A stretch of DNA of 64,000 nt, taken from contig CAWGMQ010000010.1 in NCBI GenBank assembly GCA_963823665.1, positions 32,001 through 96,000 of the forward strand, in the 5' to 3' direction. Below the pieces are notes generated by a model. It made no database searches, was not told the origin of the DNA, and was given only the letters and a program-made list of their open reading frames with translations. The translations under genes were made by a program, and so were the position numbers. Shown piece by piece: positions 33,856 through 43,827 of this stretch (the first letter of the stretch is position 1; each line of letters starts with the position of its first letter). The DNA comes from an uncultured Planctomycetota bacterium. Its GTDB lineage: Bacteria; Planctomycetota; Planctomycetia; Isosphaerales; Isosphaeraceae.

Positions 33856-34443
33856 ATGAACGAACCGAGGCCGCAAACGATGTCTGAGCCCGAGGGATCC
33901 GCTTCGATCGACTGGGGCGCGGCGCTGGCTGCCCATGACGGGTGGCTGCGCAAGGTCGTCGCGGCTCGGTTGGGGGAGCCGCAGGCGGTTGATGAGGTGA
34001 TGCAGGAGGTTGCGCTGGCGGCTGTTACGCAGCGATCGCCGCTGAACAACCCGGCGCGGGCCACGGTGTGGCTCTATCGTTTGGCCGTGCGGCACGTGCT
34101 GCTGTATCGCCGCAAGACAGGACGAGCGCGCTCACTGGTCGGCCGCTATGCCGCCCGGCAGGCGCCCTATGCCGTCGACGGGTCAGCATCTCCGCTGGCA
34201 TGGCTCCTCTGCAATGAGCGGCAGCAACTGGTTCAGGAGGCGCTCAAGCGGCTGCCGCCGCGGGACGCCGAATTGCTCATGTTAAAACACGCCGAATCGC
34301 TCAGCGCGAGAGAAATTGCCGAGCGCCTGGGAGTTGCCGTGGCCACTATCGAGACCCGTCTTCACCGCGCCCGCGGCCGGCTTCGCGCCGAGCTCGCTGG
34401 GCTAGCCGCCGAATTCGAGGAAAAAGATCATGAAACTCAGTGA
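33856..34443 (+). CDS. ECF sigma factor
   Basis: AVDEVMQEV, WLYRLAV, ALKRLP..EIAERLG..TIETRLHRAR. Confidence 0.9.
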   Translation: MNEPRPQTMSEPEGSASIDWGAALAAHDGWLRKVVAARLGEPQAVDEVMQEVALAAVTQRSPLNNPARATVWLYRLAVRHVLLYRRKTGRARSLVGRYAARQAPYAVDGSASPLAWLLCNERQQLVQEALKRLPPRDAELLMLKHAESLSAREIAERLGVAVATIETRLHRARGRLRAELAGLAAEFEEKDHETQ

Positions 34444-35188
34444 GCCCGACGACACGTCCGTTGATGACACCCTTATCGACCGAATTGTCGATGGTGCCCT
34501 GACGCCGGAAGAACTCCGCGCGGCGGTTCTTCGAATCGAGGCTGAGCCCGATGGCTGGAAGCGATGCGCTCTGGCATTCGTCGAGGCGCGGGTATGGAGC
34601 GATTCACTGCGTGCGATCGGGCAGGCGCAGAAGAGTGAGCCAGCCGGCATGCCGATTCCGCGCACCGCGCCAGCGGCGAAGGGCCGCCGGAATCGCTGGC
34701 TTCGCTCGATTGCGGCCGCGGTGATCGTCGGTCTCTCGTTCGTGGCTGGTTGGATGACGCACGGAACGCGGCTCGACTCGCGGCCGGAGCCGCTCTTGGT
34801 TCGAGATTCGAAAGTGACTCCCGTGCCGCGGCCGAGCGAGCCTTCCGACGTGGAGGATGTTGTGACTCAGAGCGCTGGATTCCCGGAGGATCGTGCGCCT
34901 CGACGCGTCGCGGCGGCTCGAATGGTCAGAACGGTCGGATTGATTCGTTTTGGGCCCGAGAGCTCGCCGGCGGAGGTGCCGGTTCTGGCCGGGCCCGGCA
35001 TCACGAAGGATTGGCTAGCGGCGCAACCGCCGCCGGTCTCGGAGTATGGGGAGGTCGTCCTGGCGCGCGAGGGGTATCGAGTCGAGCAGCAGCGACGATT
35101 TTTCACGACCGTGCTGGCTGATGGACGGCGCGTGGCGATCCCCGTTGATCATGTCCAGATTCGGTACACAGGTAACGAGCGGTTTTGA
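34430..35188 (+). CDS. Putative anti-sigma factor (single TM)
   Basis: Overlaps the sigma stop; IDRIVDGAL..GWKRCALAFVE, central TM. Confidence 0.7.
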   Translation: MKLSEPDDTSVDDTLIDRIVDGALTPEELRAAVLRIEAEPDGWKRCALAFVEARVWSDSLRAIGQAQKSEPAGMPIPRTAPAAKGRRNRWLRSIAAAVIVGLSFVAGWMTHGTRLDSRPEPLLVRDSKVTPVPRPSEPSDVEDVVTQSAGFPEDRAPRRVAAARMVRTVGLIRFGPESSPAEVPVLAGPGITKDWLAAQPPPVSEYGEVVLAREGYRVEQQRRFFTTVLADGRRVAIPVDHVQIRYTGNERF

Positions 35189-35221
35189 TTTTGTCCCGAG
35201 GTCAATTCCAGGAGGTCTTTC

Positions 35222-36432
35222 ATGAAATCCGTCAAGACGTGGTCCGCAGCCGTTGGCTTACTTTTTCTTGGAGGCACGATCTTGTCGCCGGCGGGGCGGG
35301 CACAGAACGCGGCCGAAAAGCCAGCGCAGGGCGCGCTCCGAATTCTCAGTCGCCGGGCGCTCACGATCGGCGCAACTGGAACGGGCAGGGATCCAACGGC
35401 GAGTTCTTACGCTGGCTGGCGTATCCGTCGTGGGGTGACCAGCAGAACCGATGGGACACGCTAGTTGCGCCGGATGGCACGCTTCGTGTTTTGGGCTCCG
35501 GCGGGCCCCCGGATCTCAGTCTTGCCGCGCCGGACCAAGCGTTGCGGGATCACTTGAATCTGCCGAAGGGTCAGGGTGTGGTCGTAATCGCCGTCGATCC
35601 GCACTCGTCTGCCGCGGCCGCCGGAATCCAGCAAAACGACGTGTTGCTCTCACTGGGCGAAAGCCCGCTCGAGCAGCCCAAGGATCTCTACGACCTGCTG
35701 AAGAAGACGGGCGAGGAGCCGGTGGCACTCGTGCTCTTGCGCGGCGGCAACCGCGTCACGCTGCAAGTGCAGCCTCAGGTGCATGTGACGCTCGGACCCG
35801 CCGCGGCCAAGGCGCCTGCGCGTGACTTCTGGATCGGTGTTTCCGTCAATCTCATCGGGCCGGTCCTTCGCGCTCAGCTTCAGCTCACGCAGCCGGGCGC
35901 TGTGGTCGTGAATCAGGTCGTGCCCGATAGTCCGGCGGCGATGGCGGGAATCGCGGTTAACGACATTCTGCTCGCCATTGACGGCAGACCTATCGTTGAC
36001 CCGCAAGACCTGGCGAAAGCGGCGCAATCCTCGGGCGGCAAGCCGCTGGTGCTCGAGCTCATCGGGAAGGGGAGCAAGCCGCGGAACGTCACGGTTACTC
36101 CGGCACGAAGGAAGAACGTGACAGCCGTTACGCTCGACGCGCCCGGCACGGTCACCTACGACGTTGTGCATCCCGGCGCGGTCCTTGTAGACCAGGAGTT
36201 CGTTGCCGAGGCTCTAAATCAGATAGAGCGCCAGCCTATGACCAGCTTTCTGGTCGGGAATCAGTTGAGTCAAGCTCAGAAGCCACAAGAGGCCGCGGCG
36301 GGGCTGACCAAGCGCCTCGATTCGCTCGACTCGGATCTGAAGGAGCTGCGGAAGCTGGTCGAGGAGCTTCAGAAATCCGCAGCGAAAATCATCGAGCGGC
36401 AGAAGAGCAGCGCAGATTCGCCGAAGGACTGA
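35222..36432 (+). CDS. Secreted double-PDZ protein with C-terminal coiled coil (frameshift near 35370)
   Basis: Signal peptide in ORF 35222; two PDZ repeats (VDPHSSAAAAGIQQNDVL, VVPDSPAAMAGIAVNDIL); no protease domain seen. Confidence 0.82.
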
Positions 36433-36820
36433 CGCGGCCTGAATTCACGGAATGTGCCGCGCGGAAACTGCCGGGCACCCTCGGTGCGGGGTGCTTCGAG
36501 TCAGGGCAATGACTCGGGGCGCTCGACCAAGGCGAGCCCGGCGTTTTCGATCCGGCTTCTGATCACGGGCCAGTGCCTGGCCAGGCTATGCGCGTCCATG
36601 GTGTGGGTGCAGAGGATCGTCGCACGATCGAATCGCCCTACGACCTTGGCACCACCCGGTGCGCGATAAAGAGCTCGGCGCACGGAGCTGATACTTGTGC
36701 GCGGACGTAGAAGCGGCGCTGGGAGCGGTCGTGGTCGGTCTCGGGTGTGTCGATGGCGTTGTCTGTGGTATTATGCATGGTGGGCGGTTGTTATTCGTAT
36801 TCGAGGCAAAAGGTGCATGA

Positions 36821-37072
36821 ATGTCAACGGATGACTCGGCAACCAGAAAGTTCGTCACGCCGCTTGAAGCGATTCGATTGGACAAGACGGCGTTTTCCGT
36901 GATTTCCTTGCACGATGCGGATGCTGTTGACAAAGCATACTGGAAGGCATAGAGCCCGCACGCGCGCTTGGAAGCCCTCGAATTGATGCGGCAGGTGATG
37001 TATGGATACGATCCGATTTCCGACAGAGTTGAGAGAGTTTTTGAAATCATTGAGCGACCATCATCCCGATGA
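36821..37072 (+). pseudogene. Small conserved-looking protein gene with an in-frame TAG (not in ORF track)
   Basis: MSTDD..RLDKTAFSVISLHDADAVDKAYWKA*SPHARLEALELMRQVMYGYDPISDRVERVFEIIERPSSR*. TAG is at 36950-36952; the final TGA overlaps the next ATG. Confidence 0.7.
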
Positions 37073-37377
37073 GTGATCCTCCCACCAATATCCGGGCGCT
37101 GCAATCCGACCAGGTCCTTGAAATCACCTGGCCGGAGGGAACGCTCAATCGGTTGCCGTATCTTCTGGTGCGCAGCGAGTGCCCGTGCGCAACGTGTCGC
37201 AACGAGTGGACGGGCGAGCGGGTGCTCGACCCTGCTTCGATCCGACCGGACCTCAAGTTGACTGGTATGGAGAATATCGGCACATACGCGGTCCAGTTTG
37301 CCTGGAGCGATGGTCATTCCTCCGGCATCTTTACCTGGGAAACCCTGCGAGCGCTGGGCGCTCCGGCGCAGGGCTAG
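37069..37377 (+). CDS. DUF971 / GBBH-like N-terminal domain protein
   Basis: LEITW, RSECPCATC, GTYAVQFAWSDGHSSGIFTW. Confidence 0.9.
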   Translation: MSDPPTNIRALQSDQVLEITWPEGTLNRLPYLLVRSECPCATCRNEWTGERVLDPASIRPDLKLTGMENIGTYAVQFAWSDGHSSGIFTWETLRALGAPAQG

Positions 37378-37396
37378 ACCAGAGATCTCAGCGGCG

Positions 37397-38442
37397 ATGG
37401 CCATTTCACCCAGCAGCTCGATCGTGACGGTTGCCGTTCCCACCTTCAACGGCGGCCGCCACCTTGCGGAGGCGCTGGGCGGTATCCTGGCGCAACGCGG
37501 AGTCGCGTTCGAGCTTCTCGTCTCGGACGATCGATCCGATGACAACACGCTCGAAGTGGTTCGCGCGGCCGCTGGCGATCGGGTGCGGATCGAGGTTAAC
37601 AGCGAGCGGCTGGGGCTGGCGGGGAACTGGAATCGGTGCGCGGCGCTGTGCGCACTCCTCTGGTTGCGATCTTTCACCAGGACGACGTGATGCTGCAGGG
37701 TCACCTCCAGGCGCACGCCAGGGCACTCGGCTCGGACGAGTCGGTCGGCCTGGCCGCGAGCGCGGCGCTCGTGATCGATGAGCGCGGCGAGCCGATTTCA
37801 CCAGGTGTCGTGGGCCCTGGCGGGCTCGGCCCCCTGGACAGGCTGTTCGCCCCCGGGGAGCTTGCGCCGGAAATGGCCTGCGGCAACCCGCTGAGATGCT
37901 CAGCGGTGACGATTCGCGTTGCTGCGCATCGCGATGCGGGCGGGTTCGACCCGTCGCTTCGGTACGTTGTGGACTGGGATTTCTGGCTGCGGGTATCACG
38001 AAGCTGGAAGGTCGCGTGGCTTGCGAGGCCGACGGTGCAAGTTCGCTGGCATACGAGTAGCGAGACGCACCGCTTCCAGTCAGGCACGGACGACCTCGAC
38101 GAGACAGCGCAGATCCTCACGCGGCTCGTCGAATCGGATTGGAGCGATCGTCCGGATGTCGCCGCGATGCGGCGGATGGCCAATGCTCGAATAGGCCGTG
38201 CGTTTTTGAGTCGCGCGTTTGACGCACTCGGGGAGGGCCGTCCGGAGCTCGCGCGGGTCGCGCTTCATCGGGCGATTTCTCGTTCCCCTGCGGTGATCGG
38301 CGCGATCTTCCGCGACCCTCGCCTTTGCATCAAGTCGGCGGCCCTGGCCGCGTCGCCCCGATTGGCGGCGAAGCTGTTCCGGCGGCGGAAGAGCCGACCG
38401 GAGGATGACTTCCCTGCTCGGCGCCAGGCGGACAGGCCGTAG
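37397..38442 (+). CDS. GT2 glycosyltransferase (frameshift near 37652)
   Basis: VAVPTFNG, VSDDRSDDNT, GLAGNWNRC, then FHQDD, GGFDPSLRYVVDWDFWLR. Confidence 0.88.
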
Positions 38443-40036
38443 TCGGCGCACGATCTGAGGGCGGCCGCACCCGGTCCGTCACATCGATGAATTCGTAGGG
38501 CTCGTCCCAAGTCGAGAAGTAACTGCGATCCGGGAGCAGCTCGAGGCCTGCAGCGAAATATGCGTTGAACACGACCCGGAACGAATTGACGGGGGAGATG
38601 CTCTGGTAGAGGGCTTCCCGGCCCTTTTCGGGTAGGTAGTAGGCGTTCAGAATGCTCATCCGCTCGTGCAGGTCGGTTTGCTCGACGCTCTGGGTCGAGA
38701 GGCCCAGACCCGACCCGTGGTCGGACTGAAGGATGATCACGGGAGGCTGGGGCGAGTTTGCCAGGATCTGATCGATCATCCGCTCGGCCTTCTCCATCAG
38801 GAAAGCGGCCTGTGCGCGGTAACCGGCCACGTAGTCAGCGCGGTCGCCGTACCAATCGCGATATCGCTCCCCGTCGGTCAACCTGTAGGGCAATTCGCGA
38901 CGGCTGACATCTTCCCCGTTCTTGCCGAAGACGAACGGAGGATGCGGCGAGAGGATGTGGGCGAACGTGAACGTCGGCGCTGCCCAGCGGGCGATGTGCG
39001 GCACCTTGTCGAAGACGTACAGCGTTTGATCGCGTGTGATCGTGTATGAGTCGCGCATCTGCGGAACCGGTGCCAGCGGCGCCAGCGGCGTGAGGTCAAG
39101 GAGCATGTGGTGGAACGGACTGAAGTAGCCGTGCGGCGAAAGATAGAATTCAGCCTCCGGATTTTCGGTCTGCATGAAGCTCGTCGCAAACGTGACGAAG
39201 CGGTAGCCCAGCCCCTTGAACGTTCGCACCACCGCGCCATCGCCGATCCAGCGAGAGAGCGGGCTCGTATCGTGCCAGTCGGCGGGCATCAAACCGTTCA
39301 AGTAGGTTGCGTTCATTGACGACGACAGCGCCAGCGGCGTTTGACAGTAATTGGCCGTGCTGCGTCGTGCGACGTAGAATCCCTTGCTCTCGAGACGCTT
39401 GAGGAATGGCTCCTCATCCAGACCGTAGAGCTCTCGCATCACGTCGGTTCGCGCGTAACCGTCAAGAATGATGTAGTAGACGTCGGGTAGCCGGCCAACC
39501 GGTCGAGCGCTGGCGATCGCACGCGGCGCGATACCCTCCCCCTTGACCGGCTGAGTCAATTGGCGGGGGTGTTTCGTCCAGGTCCTGACAACGCTGACGA
39601 TGGGAAATGCAAGCAAGATGAGCGCGAATATGTTAAGCTGAGTGGTCCAGGCCTGCGGTTTCTTTATTCGTGCGACGAAGTAGGCCAACCACGCGGCGAG
39701 CGCCAGCTCCGGCCCCATCACTAATGGTCGCCAGACATGGACATCCCGCACGACCCAGACGCGGCTGAGCCAGGTCAGTGCCGCGTCAACCCATCCGGGA
39801 GCGACGGCGATCGTGTCGAACACAACAAGTGTCAGAAGCGTCAACAAGCCGGCCTTCGCCGGCTCGCGCACCGCCAGCCAGAAGAGCAGCCAGAGGAGCA
39901 GAGCTGCACTCGTGATCAACCCGACGGGCAAAAGGACGTCATGCCATGGCGTCGAGCCAGCGTTCTGCGCATAAAGTGCAGCGACTGGGTACATAGCGAT
40001 GAGGAACGGATACAACATCGGCCGCCGCGACTTCAT
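38330..40036 (-). CDS. Membrane-anchored sulfatase/alkaline-phosphatase superfamily protein
   Basis: N-terminal TMs, PDVYYIILDGYAR, NYCQT..SSSMN, HILSPHPPF, IILQSDHG, SPVNSFR. Confidence 0.8.
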   Translation of the reverse strand: MKSRRPMLYPFLIAMYPVAALYAQNAGSTPWHDVLLPVGLITSAALLLWLLFWLAVREPAKAGLLTLLTLVVFDTIAVAPGWVDAALTWLSRVWVVRDVHVWRPLVMGPELALAAWLAYFVARIKKPQAWTTQLNIFALILLAFPIVSVVRTWTKHPRQLTQPVKGEGIAPRAIASARPVGRLPDVYYIILDGYARTDVMRELYGLDEEPFLKRLESKGFYVARRSTANYCQTPLALSSSMNATYLNGLMPADWHDTSPLSRWIGDGAVVRTFKGLGYRFVTFATSFMQTENPEAEFYLSPHGYFSPFHHMLLDLTPLAPLAPVPQMRDSYTITRDQTLYVFDKVPHIARWAAPTFTFAHILSPHPPFVFGKNGEDVSRRELPYRLTDGERYRDWYGDRADYVAGYRAQAAFLMEKAERMIDQILANSPQPPVIILQSDHGSGLGLSTQSVEQTDLHERMSILNAYYLPEKGREALYQSISPVNSFRVVFNAYFAAGLELLPDRSYFSTWDEPYEFIDVTDRVRPPSDRAPTTACPPGAEQGSHPPVGSSAAGTASPPIGATRPGPPT

Positions 40037-40245
40037 CCATTCCTCCGCCGCGCCAGTTTGTAGGCGCGCGCGTTCGACCGATCCCACGCCCGATCCGGGC
40101 GAATCAGAGGCGAGACCCCCGCCCCGATTTCATTAATTTATAGAAGCGACAATGGTGATCGACAAGGCCCGTGATCTTTCAATCAAATGCTCTCGCTATC
40201 CACGACGTGGGGAAAACGGATACAATTCTTCACGGAGCTAAATCA

Positions 40246-42284
40246 ATGACCGTTTCCTGTGCTACGCCAGCCGCGAATTCCAACGCGGCCCCCACCATGT
40301 TGCCCGATCTGCCGGTCGTTGACGCCGCGCGCCCTCACCTGCCGGCGAGCCGCGCCGAGATGGAGGCTCGCGGCTGGGACGCCGTGGACGTCGTTTTCGT
40401 CACCGGGGATGCCTACGTCGATCACCCGGCTTTCGCCGCGGGCATTCTGACCCGCGTGCTCGAGGCGTCCGGCTTTCGAGTCGCGGTGCTCAGCCAGCCC
40501 GACTGGCACAGGCGCTGCCCTGGCGGCAGTTCGGCCGTCCTCGCCTCTTCTTTGGAATCTCCGCCGGCAACATGGATAGCATGATCAACCATTACACGGC
40601 CAACAAGAAAGTACGCAACGACGATGCCTACTCCCCGGGCGGGCAGATCGGCTTGCGGCCCGACCGTGCCACGATCGCCTACTGCCAGCGAGCGCGCGAG
40701 GCATTTCCGGGAGTCCCGGTGATTGCCGGCGGAGTCGAGGCTTCGCTCCGCAGGCTCGCGCATTACGACTACTGGAGCGATACCGTCCGCCGGGCAATCA
40801 TGCTCGACGCCAAGGCCGACCTCGTCGTTTTTGGCATGGGCGAGCATCAGATCGTGACCATCGCTCGCCGATTGGCCCAAGGTGCGACCGTGAAAGACTT
40901 GCGCGACATGCGCGGCGTCGCCTACGCCCTGGGTGCCAGCGAATCGCAGTCGATCCCTGACGACGCGATTGTCTTGCCCGCGTACGAAGAAGTGACGGCC
41001 GACAAACGGAAGTTCGCTCGTGCGACCAAGATCATCCACCAGGAGACGAACCCGCTCAATGCTCGAAGGCTCGTTCAGTTCCACGATCGGCAGGCTGTTG
41101 TGTGCAACCCGCCGCCGCTGCCTGTCAGCCAGGAAGATATGGACAGGATTTATGGACTGCCCTACACCCGCGAGCCGCATTCGATGTACCAGGGGCGAAA
41201 AATCCCGGCGTTCGAGGTGGTGAGGGATTCGGTTACCTTGATGCGCGGCTGCTTCGGCGGATGCACGTTTTGCTCGATCACGGCGCACCAGGGCCGCATC
41301 ATCCAGTCGCGTTCACCCCAATCGGTGCTCGAGGAGCTGGGCAAGATGGGGCGTGACCGGGCCTTCAGCGGGGTGGTCTCCGATCTGGGCGGACCGACGG
41401 CCAACATGTACCAGATGAAATGCAGCAAGCCCGAGGTCGAGGCCAAGTGCAAGCGGCTATCATGCGTTCATCCCACGATCTGCAAGCTGCTGGATGCAGG
41501 TCACGGCCCACTGATTGACCTTATGCGAAAAAGTCGAGAAGTTCCCGGCATCGAGACCGTGCTGGTCGCATCCGGAATCCGCATGGACCTCGCGCAGAGA
41601 TCGCCCGAATACCTGGCTGAGCTGGCCAAACACCATGTCGGCGGGCACTTGAAGGTTGCGCCGGAGCATACCGACTCGAACGTCCTCAAGCTGATGAAAA
41701 AACCCGATTCAAACGATTTCGAGGGATTTGCCCGCGCCTTCGAGCGAGCCAGCAAGAAGGCCGGCAAGAAACAATATGTCGTTCCCTACTTCATCGCGTC
41801 GCACCCCGGCAGCGATCTGAACGCGATGATCGACCTGGCCGTGTTTCTCAAGCGCAATGGCTACAAGCCCGACCAGGTGCAAGACTTCATCCCCGCGCCA
41901 TTCGATATCGCCACCTGCATGTACCACACGGGTCTTGACCCGTTCACGGGTGAAGAGGTCTACATCGCCAAGCATTTGCGTGACCGCAAGCTCCAGCGTG
42001 CGCTGCTGCAGTTCTTCAAGCCTGAGAATTACTTCGAGGTGCGCAAGGCGCTGCTTGCGGCCGGCCGCTCCGACTTGATCGGCTCGGGCTGTGACTGCCT
42101 GATCGCTGCCCAGCCTCCCAGGGCGGCGCGAGAGGCCCGCATGGCCAAGGCCGCTCGCGAGCTGGGCGAAGGCGAGTACGTCCATCAGATCGGGCAGCCC
42201 GCAACCCCGCGACCTGCGCGCCCGCGGGGCAGCGATCCCGGGTATCGTCCTCATCGGAAATCGAGCCGGCGCCGGCCACGGTAA
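40246..42284 (+). CDS. YgiQ-family radical SAM protein (frameshift near 40515)
   Basis: [47 protein letters not shown] (CxxxCxxC), [17 protein letters not shown]. Confidence 0.93.
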
Positions 42285-42327
42285 GCCGGCATGCCCTTTA
42301 GAAGTATGGAAGACCCCTCGCCGGAAA

Positions 42328-43764
42328 GTGGCCATGAACAAGAACGCGCACCCAGGAATCCGAGAAGGCCGAGCTCGCAATGCACGTCGGGGCCCGCGAG
42401 ATCCCTCCGCCGCCGAGCCTGCACACGTTGCGCTCGCCGACCTGACGGCGGCGATTGCGCCGGAGGTGCTGCACCGTGTCCTGCGCGAGCACAAGTGGTT
42501 GGCGCCGTCGATTGCGCTGGCCTTGCGCTCTCGTGCCCGAACATCGGCGGTGTGGCGCGCGTCGATCGGCCGCAGCCTGAGCGCTTTAGTGCGATGGTGG
42601 GGCTGGATCGAGCCACTGCGGCTGGGCCAGATCGAACAGCAACTGCTTCTGGCGTGCCTGCTCGATTCCGCGGAGCTCAATGCCGTCGCCCGGCTCTGGG
42701 CGCAGCGAGCGAGACTCCGCGCCGATAGCCTGGTGCCGGTCGGCGACGCGCCGAACTGGACTGCTCGCGCTGAGGGACTCAAGCGCTGGACCCAAGGCCG
42801 AGCGGTGAGCGCCGATCCGTGGATGCTTTTTCCCGCATGGCTGCGAAAAGAGCTCCCGGTGCCCCCGGGCGTTGCCAGTCCCAAGCTGCGCCGCCTCGAG
42901 TTTCTGGCGGTGCTTCAGACCCGTCCGCCGCTCTGGCTTGGTGCTCGAGGCTGCAACGAAGACACCGTTTGGGCGGTATTGCGAGAGACCGGCTTGAAGC
43001 CGTGGATCCATCGCCGCGTTCCGAGTGCCGCCAAGCTTTCGCCGGAGACTGACCTCGCTCAGCTCGACGACTATCGCGCGGGACGTATCGTCGCGCAGGA
43101 CCTGGCATCACAAGCGGTGGCACTCGTCTGTGACCCGGATCCCGGTGAGCGCTGGTGGGATTCAAGCGGCGAAGGCGGCCTGCATGCGCAGCACCTCGCC
43201 TCAATCATGCAAGGCAAGGGCGTGGTGGTATCGACGTTTGATCAGCCGCGACGGCGGGAGGAGGCAGCCCTCCGTCTGCGGGGCGGTCCGCTGCACAACA
43301 TTTCGACTCGTGTCTGGGACGGCCGCCACGTTCCCGGAAAGTCGGCGACTTACGACGGCGTCGTGTCGGGTGGTGAAAGCTCGGCCGTGGGGAGCTGGCG
43401 AAGGCACCCCGATGCGCGATGGACGGTCACCGCTGAGCACATACCCGAGCTGGTCGCGCGGCAGTTGAAGAGCCTCGCCCGCGCAAGCGAAGGTGTGCGG
43501 CCAGGCGGCACGCTGGTGTACACCGTTGCGACGGTGACCCGGAGCGAAACGGTCGAAGTCGTACAAGCTTTTCTGGGTGCTCATCCCGAGTTCGGGCTCG
43601 AGCCGTTTCCGCACCCGCTCGAAGAAGGCAGCACGGGCGGCATGCTTCAGATCTGGCCGCAAGCGCACGACTGCGAGGCGCGGTTCATCGCACGGATGGT
43701 CCGGCGGGCGGGCTCGCGACCTCAAGCCGACGCAGAGACTGCTGTGGTCGCCGCGGAGTCGTGA
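42328..43764 (+). CDS. RsmB/NOP-like methyltransferase homolog lacking catalytic cysteines
   Basis: QDLASQAVALVCDPDPGE, GSWRRHPD, VRPGGTLVY, ETVEVVQAFL, FIARM. Confidence 0.75.
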   Translation: MAMNKNAHPGIREGRARNARRGPRDPSAAEPAHVALADLTAAIAPEVLHRVLREHKWLAPSIALALRSRARTSAVWRASIGRSLSALVRWWGWIEPLRLGQIEQQLLLACLLDSAELNAVARLWAQRARLRADSLVPVGDAPNWTARAEGLKRWTQGRAVSADPWMLFPAWLRKELPVPPGVASPKLRRLEFLAVLQTRPPLWLGARGCNEDTVWAVLRETGLKPWIHRRVPSAAKLSPETDLAQLDDYRAGRIVAQDLASQAVALVCDPDPGERWWDSSGEGGLHAQHLASIMQGKGVVVSTFDQPRRREEAALRLRGGPLHNISTRVWDGRHVPGKSATYDGVVSGGESSAVGSWRRHPDARWTVTAEHIPELVARQLKSLARASEGVRPGGTLVYTVATVTRSETVEVVQAFLGAHPEFGLEPFPHPLEEGSTGGMLQIWPQAHDCEARFIARMVRRAGSRPQADAETAVVAAES

Positions 43765-43827
43765 GCGCGATGCCTGCAGGTGTCAGCGTGGGCGAAGCGT
43801 TTGCGAGGCGAGTAGAGGATCACTTTC

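Noticed and set aside
36950..36952. Stop-codon reassignment or pyrrolysine
   Set aside because: It is a single case, TAG terminates other genes here (for example leuB and DUF971), and no pyl genes were seen.
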